This document shows positions 1 to 10,824 of a stretch of 64,000 nucleotides of DNA, one piece after another. Each line of letters begins with the position of its first letter. The stretch's first letter is position 1. This DNA comes from Styela clava (taxonomy: Eukaryota). The translations under genes were made by a program, and so were the position numbers. The DNA lies in assembly GCF_964204865.1 (NCBI RefSeq), contig NC_135256.1, forward strand, positions 12,400,001-12,464,000, read 5' to 3'. The notes below the pieces were generated by a model. The model was not told the DNA's origin. It was given only the letters and a program-made list of their open reading frames with translations, and searched no databases.

Positions 1-279
1 TTGATTAAATTACTATGTTTTGATATAACACTGTACATTAGTATCGTGAAATTGAGTTGGGCAAATGTCGTTTATGGTCTATTAAAAATTAAATCTCCAT
101 TTTTTTTGAATTGCGAATAAGATACCCTAATTGGGGAACTCGAATTTCGATCCATAATCGCGGTCTTTCGGAAAAACGATCTAATCGACAAAAAATAATG
201 ATCTTCAGTCCAGCTTCGGAACCCAGGAGCAACGTAAGTCCAATTGGTCCCTTTTGCAAAGTTTCGTTTAGACCTAGAG

Positions 280-1016
280 CAGTGTTTCTTAACCTGGGTT
301 GGGTCGAACCCCTGGGGTTCGCCTTAGACTACAGTGCACTTCCCCAAAAACACTTATCGTCACAGATGTGGTTCGTTTAGAATTTAGATGTACTTAGCGA
401 TTTGAGCTGATTTCTGCTTATGTACACGAAATATCTAAGGTTACTATGGCAAACCTTGGGGTTTTAAACTGAATATTTGCGCGAACCTTATTCATAATCT
501 ACTAACGAAAATGGGAAGAAAGTGTGAATATATTAATGTAAAATCAGGGCGTGTCTGAATTTCATCAAGTGATAAATTCGTCGAAAAGAATATTTCATTT
601 GCAGAGCGTTGCTTAAAATTATCATCATCCATTCTGGACAACTTTAATATGACGCTGAGTCGTATGTTATCTCTATTTCTGTAATACAATGGACAAACGT
701 TTCATCCGCATTTGAATGCAGTTTGAAGTTTTAGAAACGAGTTTTTCGCCTTTTCACCCGTACAATTTAAACAAAACAAAAAACGTCTGCTCCTTTTGGC
801 GCGTATACCACAGTTTGTGACATACCAACGGCTGTTTACACACGGAGTACTTGTATCCAAGGTTACACTTCAATAATCATTTTCTATAATCTTACACAAA
901 ATTACCATCCCATTGCGCTCCAAGTTTCAATTGTTTAATACGATAGCGTTCGACGGGAGCTTTCAGAAAAGCGAAGGGGTTCGGCAGGCTTGCAAATATA
1001 TAATTAAGAACCACTG
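280..1016. mobile_element. Non-autonomous hAT (Charlie-like) element
   Basis: Ends CAGTGTTTCTTAA...TTAAGAACCACTG with GGGGTTCG subterminal motifs at both ends; partial 8-bp TSD (acctagag / gtttagag). Confidence 0.6.
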
Positions 1017-1105
1017 GTTTAGAGCGAAGGGGTTAAACACTTTAAAATCCAGGTCAACCCTGAAAATGGCAGCAAATGTGAATAGGAATAAATTTTGTTA
1101 ATTAC

Positions 1106-3444
1106 TTTAAAGTCTTGCGTGTCAGTAGATGAAGCCATCTCATATTGACAAGTTCCTGGAAAATCGTATTCCATCCCATCAAATGTTATCACATGACCGG
1201 TTCCATACATTGCGCACATGTTCGTAGTCCAACTTGTATTAAAGCTTCCCTGTAGTCCAGGTGTCTGGTAGAAACCCACTAAAACGAAGGTAATGTTATA
1301 ATATTTTTGGGCAATTTACCTATTTAAAGACATCCGGTTAATACTAGATTTTTACTCTCAAACCTGCAAGAGTTTTTTTTAGATTATCGTGCTAGCACGG
1401 ATACATATAATGTTGACATAAAACAGATTTTCGGTTATATAAAATAGAGTGAGGAATCGTCGAAACACCAATCGTGTTTGAGTATAGCAATACAAAATCA
1501 CTGGAGAATAGTCTGCACATAGCCATAGGTCTTTGCAAAATTAATTTACAAAGGTTTTCGGTTTCATTTTTTTATTATTACCAAAAATTTTAGTATTCAT
1601 ATTGTATTTAAAAAAATAAAACTAAAATCTAATATTGTTGTAAATGCTGTACATACCGTATAAACAGCGGTATCCATAAAACATCGGTGGACATGAACAC
1701 TGATTATTTCCAATGCAATGTCCTCCGTTCAAACAATTTTCATCACACGCTTCTGTGAGTAAAGAATTTAAGAACATGTACACTAGAAATGTGAAATATT
1801 CTTTGACGTTTGCAGGAGATCTTGGCATTTGGCAATACCCCGATGTACGAATAAAATTCCTTGGAAATACAGTATACAGTTTTTGGCAAAATTGAAAATC
1901 AATCAATTACATTTTATCATGTTGAGCTATAAAGAAGATGCCATAATTATGTACGGTCATCTACTTACTATATATATGAGTCTATCACTGTATTTCCCAC
2001 TAAAAAGCTGTTAGTAAAATAGTTTAAATTAAAGTTTGTGTGGTGATGTTCGAGGATAACTAAATCTCTCACTGGGAAATAAAAATTAATTTTTTACACT
2101 CACGGAGTTCTTTGACGTATTCACAACCGAAAACAAGCAGAGGATCCTCACAAATCTTGTTCGCGCCATCATACGCAAGTCCAGCAGGGCATTGAGCAAC
2201 ATAGATGCTTCCATGAACACACATATAAAAGTTTACGCATTCGTTTCCTTTTGGGAAGGTGTAGTAGTCTTTGGCGTCTCCCGAAGCGTCGAAACATTGA
2301 CTAACTGTAAAAATTATACTCATTGGTTATACATAGGCTTACCATACGTCCAGCTTTAGGCAGGACAGTCCCGCTTTTCAGCGTTTTGTCCCGCCGTCCC
2401 GATAAGTCAGCCAAAAGTCCCGCTTTTCCAGCATAATACACAAACATGTTCTCGTTACTGTTGTTTCTGTGTAGCGCAGCGCTAGCCTACTTACTGAAGG
2501 TGAACGCGTTCGTTTCCCGCTGATTCCCATTGATGGCAGACGTATCGCATGTAAAACCAATACTAATTAGTCTAAATTCGAATTATTTGTACCGGTATCG
2601 TTAATGTCAATTCCTTCCTATTTTTCGAACTGAACAGAATATTTGGACAAAGAATATGCGCGTGAAATTTCGATAACAATATGGTCAATAAAGACAGCCG
2701 AGACAGCTTTAAATGTAGGAATGTAGGCCTATGTAGTAAAATCGGAAAATGTGAAGTTACAAAATCACAGCTAATGGGTCGTTGTCTTTCGAGGCGTCCC
2801 GATTTGAAGTCACAAAAATATGGTAACCCTAGTTATACATATATCATTTATAGGCGTTGTGTATTTCACTACATTGCTTCTGCTTCTGAATTACGGACGA
2901 GTTACTCACTCCAATCCGATATTCAATCTCATGGATAACCCATTTGCGGGTTAGCCCTTTGGACCTGACTGTGTTTGCGATAGACAGGAAAAATCCCTTG
3001 TATGAGCCTCATAACCACTCAGAATGTAATATAATGGCTAAGATTTGGCTTTTTTAAACGAAGTATAGACGCGTAACAAGGTGGCTGCTTTTCTGGAGCC
3101 TGGTGTAAAACGCTCCATAAAGAATCTGTTTATTGCGAAGGTTATTTTCATGATTCCACTTCAAATTGAGATAAAAAAGAGGGTTGTGGGTTTCATCCAT
3201 CTTTGAATTGCTTATACTCCAAAATTAGTTCTGTTGAATCATAAATGAATTGATACCAGTTCAATTTTCTTTATCTGTACGGAAGCTACGTATTCTATTT
3301 TTCTTATTCGATTGATTTTGGATTTGTAAATATAAGTTTCACTGCCGTTACTGATGTTACAATGAAATATTTTACCAGGTGGTGAGTCTGTCGTGTCGAT
3401 AAAAACATCATCAGCCCCCGCATTCTCCTGAGCTTGGCGACGAA
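1106..3444 (-). CDS. Partial multi-exon gene for a mosaic, probably extracellular protein: chitin-binding type-2 (CBM14/peritrophin-A), EGF, then start of a VWD domain (mucin/otogelin/hemolectin-like); continues off the left edge; first exon not resolved
   Basis: GT-AG exons with compatible phases: 3444-3376 (RRQAQENAGADDVFIDTTDSPP, tentative), 2304-2104 (six Cys, C..CVNFYMC..QCPAGLAYD..KIC..GC = ChtBD2), 1752-1657 (CDENCLNGGHCIGNNQCSCPPMFYGYRC = EGF), 1278-1106 (CAMYGTGHVITFDGMEYDFPGTCQY = VWD N-terminus). Confidence 0.8.
2334..2831. mobile_element. Non-autonomous hAT MITE (Blackjack-like ends)
   Basis: TIRs TAGGCTTACCATA / TATGGTAACCCTA, repeated GTCCCG subterminal motifs, and a perfect 8-bp TSD GTTATACA (2326-2333 and 2832-2839). 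Confidence 0.85.
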
Positions 3445-3689
3445 CTAAAAATAGAAAGCAACAAATTGTTATTCAATAATATACCATGAGAAAATTATAC
3501 CGTATAGATTATGTAACACATAACGTTGGATTTTTCTGATAAAACTTTTGGCATAATAATGAAATTTTAAAGTACATGTCGCAAGAATTTTTTTGTATTT
3601 CACAACTAAAACCTCCAATATCAATTTTAAACTGAAATATTTGAATATGCAATTCAAGAGTCCTGCTGCACACTAACACAAATATATTT

Positions 3690-3730
3690 CTGTAACGTTT
3701 CGTCTGACCAAAATCAGACTTCCTCAGACA
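3690..3730 (-). ncRNA. Minimal hammerhead ribozyme motif, mirror copy in the left arm
   Basis: Exact reverse complement of 4291-4331. Confidence 0.7.
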
Positions 3731-4290
3731 AGCAGTTTACAACAATGACAAGAAAAGAGCAATCATGCAGTTTAAATATGGCGATAAATAAATTTGTTTG
3801 AAATTAATTGTGAGCAAACAATGAAAAAACAATTATTGATATTCAGAAACAGATTGCGAAATAAAAAAATGCAATCGGTTCTCAGCATGGAATAATTGTT
3901 CAGCGGCGTGCTTGATTTCACAATAAGTTTCACTAGAACATTTATCAATGTGTTCTAGGCTCAGATCTTGATAGCCAGGGTCCTTATAATGTGATTCTTT
4001 TAAAGGCGTTGAATTCTTAAAAAGAATCACATTATAAGGACCCTGGCTATCAAGATCTGAGCCTAGAACACATTGATAAATGTTCTAGTGAAACTTATTG
4101 TGAAATCAAGCACGCCGCTGAACAATTATTCCATGCTGAGAACCGATTGCATTTTTTTATTTCGCAATCTGTTTCTGAATATCAATAACTGTTTTTTCAT
4201 TGTTTGCTCACAATTAATTTCAAACAAATTTATTTATCGCCATATTTAAACTGCATGATTGCTCTTTTCTTGTCATTGTTGTAAACTGCT

Positions 4291-4331
4291 TGTCTGAGGA
4301 AGTCTGATTTTGGTCAGACGAAACGTTACAG
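4291..4331 (+). ncRNA. Minimal type I hammerhead ribozyme motif (Penelope-like element type)
   Basis: TGT-CTGAGGA-A-GTCTGA[TTTTGG]TCAGAC-GAAA-CGTT-ACA: CUGANGA and GAAA cores, 6-bp stem II, palindromic ACGT stem III, and short stem I (TGT/ACA). Confidence 0.7.
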
Positions 4332-4932
4332 AAATATATTTGTGTTAGTGTGCAGCAGGACTCTTGAATTGCATATTATGGTATTTTATTCCTGCTACAG
4401 CATCCTTGCATTACATGCATACGGATCCACTAGCGCAAAGGCATAGAGAAAGGATTGGGAGTTAGTCTCGCGCAACCTCTACTGATTGAAATATTTGAAC
4501 TATAAAAATTTCTGCAACCTAATCTTGATTGAATAACTAAGTATTAACTAGTTAGAAACACATAATTTTGAATATTGCAGATAGTATATAAATGTTATCG
4601 TTTAATTTTGTGTATGACATTCTCACCTCTTTCCGAAACAGAGTTATACGCATGTTTGTTGAGTCTGTGAAAGAATAAGTTGTTAATAAACACCTTAAGC
4701 GGGACAATAAAATTGTATGTAAGCCTTCTTAAAAAAAGCCTTCGATTCAAAATCACATTATTATCAAACAATTCATGCTCAAAAAAATTGAAAACACTCT
4801 GTAAAATAACCTTAATAGGTATGGGGAAGATAGGAAGAACGGGAAATTTTCTTTCAAATGAAAAAGTATGCAAACGGAATTGCATAAAAACCAATTTTGC
4901 CCCTGGTATTGTTGTCCCTCCAACTGCTCTGT

Positions 4933-4974
4933 GGCCCCCGGCGGAGTCCACAGGCCCCCGGTTGGAAACCGATG
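4933..4974. mobile_element. Remnant hAT-Charlie-like terminus
   Basis: GGCCCCCGG..GGCCCCCGGTTGGAAACCGATG resembles a Charlie-type right end; no partner end found. Confidence 0.3.
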
Positions 4975-6400
4975 GTCTACTTTAGGTTATGTTTTGGAAT
5001 AGAGAAGGAATGTCAATGCCGAAGTGAAAGAAAAGTTAAATTTTTGTCACAATTAATAAAAAAGCACAATCAGTTTTACAATTCTTGGATTTGTAATTTC
5101 ATTTCTCTAAGTCTAGAATCTTCCCTTTAATGGTTTAGCGCAGTAAGCAAAATTTTATTCAAAATCGTATTACCTTGATTCTTCATCTTGCAGTGACGCT
5201 TCCGTTCCTGTAGCACAAAGTATAAAGAGTTTAATTTCAATTGCAGGAATTCGCCCTAGCATGAATCCACGTATTCGTTAAGACATGTAAACCTCACGTA
5301 TCTAACACGATCGAGAATTAAATTGTGATACAAAGCAAAATCATTTGCTTCGTGGTTCCATTCGATCTCTAGCTGTTTTCATATAGACTCTGCAGACTAC
5401 AGACTACATAGTCTTTTTAGACAAGGATTCTTGTTTTTTTTTTTTTTTTTTTAAATAAGACATAAGAAGACACAATATGTTATGCATTTTATTAGTGCAA
5501 TTCTCGACTTGAGAGATGTTGCCGAAACAACCGCATACTAAATATCATAATCAAATGGGTTTATCGACCCAGTCACCCCGAATAAACGAATTCCTATTCA
5601 GAGTTTTGCTTCTGAAAATAACGTTAAACATGAATTCAATAAAATATACCCACCGGTGATCAAAATCAGACACAACAAAGTGTTAGCATAAAACATGCCA
5701 ACGTTCCCACGATTGCCTGACAGCAAATCTATAGAGTATGTACTACTCTTTTTATGTCTATATTATTTCTCCTGTCTTTTGTATAGTTAAAATGTCCAAT
5801 ACCAAGACGAATAAGTAATGCTACTTAGTGTACACCGATATTTGTATCTGGATTAGTTTGAAAGAATACTTTGTACCGGAATTTATGATGAACATATCCG
5901 ATAAGAATGCTTTAAACTTTGAACAGGTGGAAACGAACGAGTCACGTATAAAGGCTTCAGTTCCGGAGTTCATATCCAAATCTAATAAGCGAGCTACAAG
6001 GTGATAAATATGTGAATTTTTTAATACGTTTTGCCGTTCGTGTTGTACCTGAGTTTCAGAAATCGTTAAAAATGAGGAGATGATTGCATACATGATACAA
6101 AGTCCGCCAGTTGTATCGTACCATATACTTATCTACTTCATATGTTTCCTTTTACGCGTTTGTATCGGATTGATCTGAATGTAATTGTGAAATATGAAAC
6201 ACTAAACTATAGGTTGATTGACGTTAATTCCATTCTGCAGTGTACATTTTAAGTTAAATGAAATATGCCAAAACCATAGAATTTTACTTCATCAAGTTTT
6301 AACTCGTAATGACTGAAATCTCCAAGATTTTTTGCCCTTTGCCTTCTCTTCTACAACGTATTCAATATCAATTATTTTGTACAAAGTTTTCAAGTTGACA

Positions 6401-6897
6401 TTATTACTTATCGGTTTTATTACTTATCGATTTAAATCGCCAAGTATGTTGATAGGTATTTGTCTGTCTGTTTGTTTGTTTGTCTGTTAGATGCGCGCGA
6501 TATCTCACGAAAGCGAGATTGAATCTGCTCCAGATTTTGCATGTGCATTCATCATATGTCGTACCAGAAGCCTATTGATTTTGGATTTACTTATCGATTT
6601 TAATCGGTAAGTATGTTGATAGATGTTTGTCTGTCTGTTTGTTTGTTTGTTTGTCTGTTAGATGAACTCGATATCTCACGAAAGCGAGATTGAACCTGCT
6701 CCAGATTTTGCATGTGCATTCATCATATGTCGTACCAGAAGCCTATTGATTTTGGATGAATTATGTAGTATAATATTAGCGAGTTATTAATTAATTAGTG
6801 ATGGGACACAAGGTGTCACTATGGAGTAAGAGCGCCGTTTTAGGATCCCTAACTTTCGATCGATAAGTCTTCGGTCTCTGACCGATATTCTCGTTTC
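6401..6897 (+). mobile_element. Helentron/DINE-1-like non-autonomous element with an internal ~170-bp tandem duplication
   Basis: Core with (GTCT/GTTT)n microsatellite followed by GATATCTC..GATTTTG, present twice (about 6420-6586 and 6587-6757); short 3' stem-loop CGGTC-TCT-GACCG followed by a T-rich end. Confidence 0.55.
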
Positions 6898-6957
6898 TTT
6901 CTTCTTAGGGCCGGTGGTTAAATCGGCGTATTATGCACACTCGAAGCGATTTTAAAT

Positions 6958-7030
6958 CAGTGGTTCCCAACCTTTCTACCCTGGCGGACCGGTAAAATTT
7001 AATTAAAGGTACTCGCGGACCGGCAAAAAT
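6958..7030. mobile_element. hAT-Charlie-like left terminus
   Basis: CAGTGGTTCCCAACCTTT followed by GCGGACCGG twice; right end not identified. Confidence 0.45.
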
Positions 7031-7881
7031 TCAATGAGTGGAACAGAACATAATAAAATATATTTGCGTAATGTCGGGCAATTACTATGCTTTTAGAAAA
7101 AAAAAGGTACACTTAAAAACAGTTCACATGAGGAAAAACATCAAGTAACGTGCCGACCAGAGATTGAAATGGGTGGAACATAAATTAATAACATATATAT
7201 ATTTGCGTAATAAAATGCATTGCTGATCACCCAGTATGCGTAAGAAAGGCACACATAAAACATCTCACATAAAAAACATGTACATGCCAAATGATGTACA
7301 AACACAATTAACTCTAGTGAGAATTTTACTATCGTTTCGTTTCTAATACAGGATTGCAAACGAGGCATGAAAAAAGGTTGTGCAACACGTAGCTCTGCTG
7401 AGGCTCACAGTCAATTTATTTGCTTCGTTTTAATTAAAGCTAAAAGTAACTGGTTGAAAATTCAGACAACAGTTTGATTGCTCGATTACTTAGCGATGGG
7501 TATTCGTTATCAAGAGAGCTCAGAAATGAATTGTGATTTTGTGCCAATGATTCTTTAATAAATCTGGACTGTAAAGTAGAAGTTTCATCGGGTCCATCAT
7601 ATCAATTCCTCTGCAGTTGATCGACCCACCGACAAAAGAATTTATATTACAATAATAAAGTCGTTGCTAACTTGGCATCAGGTTCAAAATCCTGCTTTGC
7701 ATTACGCGGAATATATCTCAGCGGCCCCCGTTTTTGTTGCGCGTCTCGTGACCACCTGCGGGGTCGCAACAAGTTCATATCTCGCTGGTTGTCATGGTGA
7801 AGCTTTGTAATATTATACTGTTCTTGACAGTTTTCTGGTTTAAACAAAAAAATATTCATAACTTTTCATTTGGATGGTAAT

Positions 7882-8311
7882 AAAAGCATGCAGAACGGAA
7901 AACGCATGCCGATTTTCAGGTTTCTGAATCTTGCGACATTTGACGGAGCGCTTTCGGGGTGAATCGGAACCGAAAAGTGTGATTACTCGGCGCCAAGGAG
8001 TCGCTAGGCCAACCGCACTTACTAAACACCAATATGACAACGGAAGAGAAATTGCGTAATAAACCAACGTAACTTCGCCTTCGGTAAAGCGATTGAGACC
8101 TATTAAACAAGAAAGCATGCGGAACGGAAAAAGCATGCATGCTGATTTGCAGGTTTTTGAATCTTGCGAGATTTCACGGAGCGCCTTGGCGATGAATCGG
8201 AACCAAAAAAGCGAAAAATGTGATTACCTGCTGCCAAGACGTCGCCAGGCCATACCACACCCATCAAACAGCAATATGACGGCGGAAGAGAAATTGCGTA
8301 ATAAGCCTACG
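7882..8311. repeat. Diverged direct repeat, two copies of about 190-200 bp
   Basis: 7882-8070 and 8111-8311 share collinear blocks such as AAAGCATGC..AACGGAAAA, GAATCTTGCGA, GAATCGGAACC and CGGAAGAGAAATTGCGTAATAA. Confidence 0.8.
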
Positions 8312-9945
8312 ACCTACGACAGAAAAATAACAAAATGTAATTACCCGCATCTTTTGGAAACGCGGCCCTTGGAACCTGGGCTGTGAAATAGGAGAATATT
8401 TTCAACCGACTCCAAATAAAGAACCATTTTGAGACGGACTTCGAGTTCTACAAAAACTTCCAACTCGAGACTCCCCAACTCCGAGAAAATACAATTTTGA
8501 CAAAACGTTGGCGTGTGCAACCTTTCTTTTAACGTTATAGGAAAGATAATATACTTTATGCTTTTAAGCTGTAGAAAATGTAGATTCTTTTTTTCGCCAT
8601 CGAATGTTTGCAATTCAGACTCTGGCTAGATCCACGGGAATTCAGAAGTTCGACTCTCTCCACCAGACTCCGGAAAGTTTGAAAACGTGCTTAACTCCAC
8701 ATTCCAGACTAATCAGCTCTGCTTAGGATACGTTCGTTTAACGACATCTTTAATGAAACAAACCCCCACAGAAGATAAGCATAAATAAGCAACCATAGTC
8801 ATAAGCGGTATTGATTAGTTTATTATGTATACAAGGTAGGCAAATTGGCATCATTGGGAATGTGATAAAACTGCATGCAATAAGGCTTATATACATTCAA
8901 GAAATCAACTAATAGCAGCAACTTAAAAATTCATCATATTTAGAAGGCTGGACCGCAACTGCGATAGAAACACTGCAAATAGGTCCATATGTATGCCGAA
9001 ACAAATCTATTCACAAAAGGTAAATTTTCATCAGAAACTGATTTTACCAATCAGCAGAAAGATAAAATTATCTCGCATTTCCAAGCAACTAATTTAGCAT
9101 TGCGAAGACAGTGAAAGGACCACATAAATGGTCTATATGCAAACGTAGCAAATGAAAGAAAGTCTTATTTAGCATAATATTTGATACTTTAAAAACAACT
9201 TGCACTTGATCTGAATGGTTAGCAAATCTGTGGACGCCGTAACACAATGTACACATTAATAACGGAAATGATATGAAAATGAAATAAATATAAAATTTAC
9301 AAAACAAGGTTCTGTGAAAAAAATACAACTTCTTGAAGTCCGAAATATGCCGGCTTGGAGATCTAAAATGTCCAAACAGGCGTGACAAAAAAGTAGTTTG
9401 AATGTCACCAATTCGATAAAGTACCTCACATTCGGCAAGATATAGCCAATATAATGTTATATGGCAGTGTTTGCTACTATTCAGCAGCGCATACACAACT
9501 ATCAACAGCAAACGATACATTTTAGTTTAGCTATATTAATTTTGCTAAACCGAATGTTTTCATTTAGACATTTTAAACACATTACTTCTATGCGTTTATG
9601 TATTTAACGAGATAGTATAAGAAAACTGTATGGGGAAACTCCCAAGTTAAAACATTATTAAAAAACAAGTTGCCACGTAAACGTTGAATACGCTACAAAC
9701 GCGGCAGTCGTAGGCAACATTGTCATATTTTACCAATTGTACGTTTTCTCCGCAATATTGTTAAGGCGTCCCATATCTAGAGTATGGTGTCGTAGTCTCG
9801 TAAACAACTATTAGATTTAATTGAAACATTAACACAAGGTATGATTGTTGCAATTATCATAGTAAATAAAAATTGCTGGAATGAATTCCACAATTGCGAT
9901 ACCCCGTTTAAATTCAACATTACGTTAAAATTGAGATGTAAAAAA

Positions 9946-10058
9946 GGGGCGCTACCGAAGAATGTGCACCAAGATGGCGCACAACCTGAACCCTAACCGG
10001 GTACACATACTATGTTCAGGTTGTGCGCCATCTTAGTGCACACACTTCTGGGAGGTCC
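9946..10058. mobile_element. Small hairpin MITE
   Basis: Arms GTGCACCAAGATGGCGCACAACCTGAAC / GTTCAGGTTGTGCGCCATCTTAGTGCAC around a loop containing CCCTAACC; A-rich flanks; termini related to 25257-25476. Confidence 0.65.
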
Positions 10059-10824
10059 AAAAAAAGGTATATTTACAGTTCTTGATCAAGGTGTTTATTA
10101 ACAATGCAAACTTACGGTACTGAAAAAATAATCGAGTATTAAGCTTGGCCAAGTGTAAACTCAAATATATACAAATCATTCCAGACCAAGCTTAAGATAC
10201 TAAGTCATATTCATTGACAAATTTTTTTTATGAATTTTATATAAAAAAGGCAAAAATGTGAGTGTGGTGAAGTTTGGCACTCGAAAATGCCCAAAATAAT
10301 AATGAAAAATAAATTTGAGCTCCATTTGGTCACCTTATGCGCACTTACATTCATTAAAAAAATTTGGTTTGCATTTTGATTTTTGAAAAAACTTCAATAT
10401 TTTCAAAACTTGTGGAATGTGTTGTAATCTTAAATTTTGAATAAAACTTACAGAAGTATTTTTTGTAACAATAATTAGTGATTACACTTTGGTTAACGAG
10501 TATAAAAAAAATTTTGATCTTGGTAACATTTGAAGAATTATTTTTTATACATATTACGTACTAATTTAATTAGAAATAAATTATTTTATTCACTGTGATA
10601 TGATATACCTACAGAACAATAAACTCGTTCAAAACAGCCAATCTTTCAATATTTCATTCATTTAAAAACTACCAACAAAATGCCATAATTTACGTCTTCG
10701 AAATTTATGCACACAGATTATCGTAAATATAATCATACTGAACTACATGTCAGTTAATGCTAATGCAAAAAAGTAGAATAAATTCACAGAAAATATCAAA
10801 AAAACTGTAAAAAATATTAAAAAT

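Larger units (their letters stand above)
3644..4377. repeat. Long inverted repeat (358-bp arms, 18-bp spacer), probably derived from a Penelope-like element
   Basis: 3644-4001 is the reverse complement of 4020-4377; I found one mismatch on reading. Each arm contains a hammerhead-like motif. Confidence 0.95.

Noticed and set aside
3833-4030. 65-aa ORF in the palindrome
   Set aside because: No recognisable domain; a by-product of the repeat arm.
5173-5262. Candidate first exon of the ChtBD2-VWD gene (MLGRIPAIEIKLFILCATG..)
   Set aside because: Ends in phase 2 whereas the next candidate exon needs phase 1; the alternative reading lacks a signal peptide.
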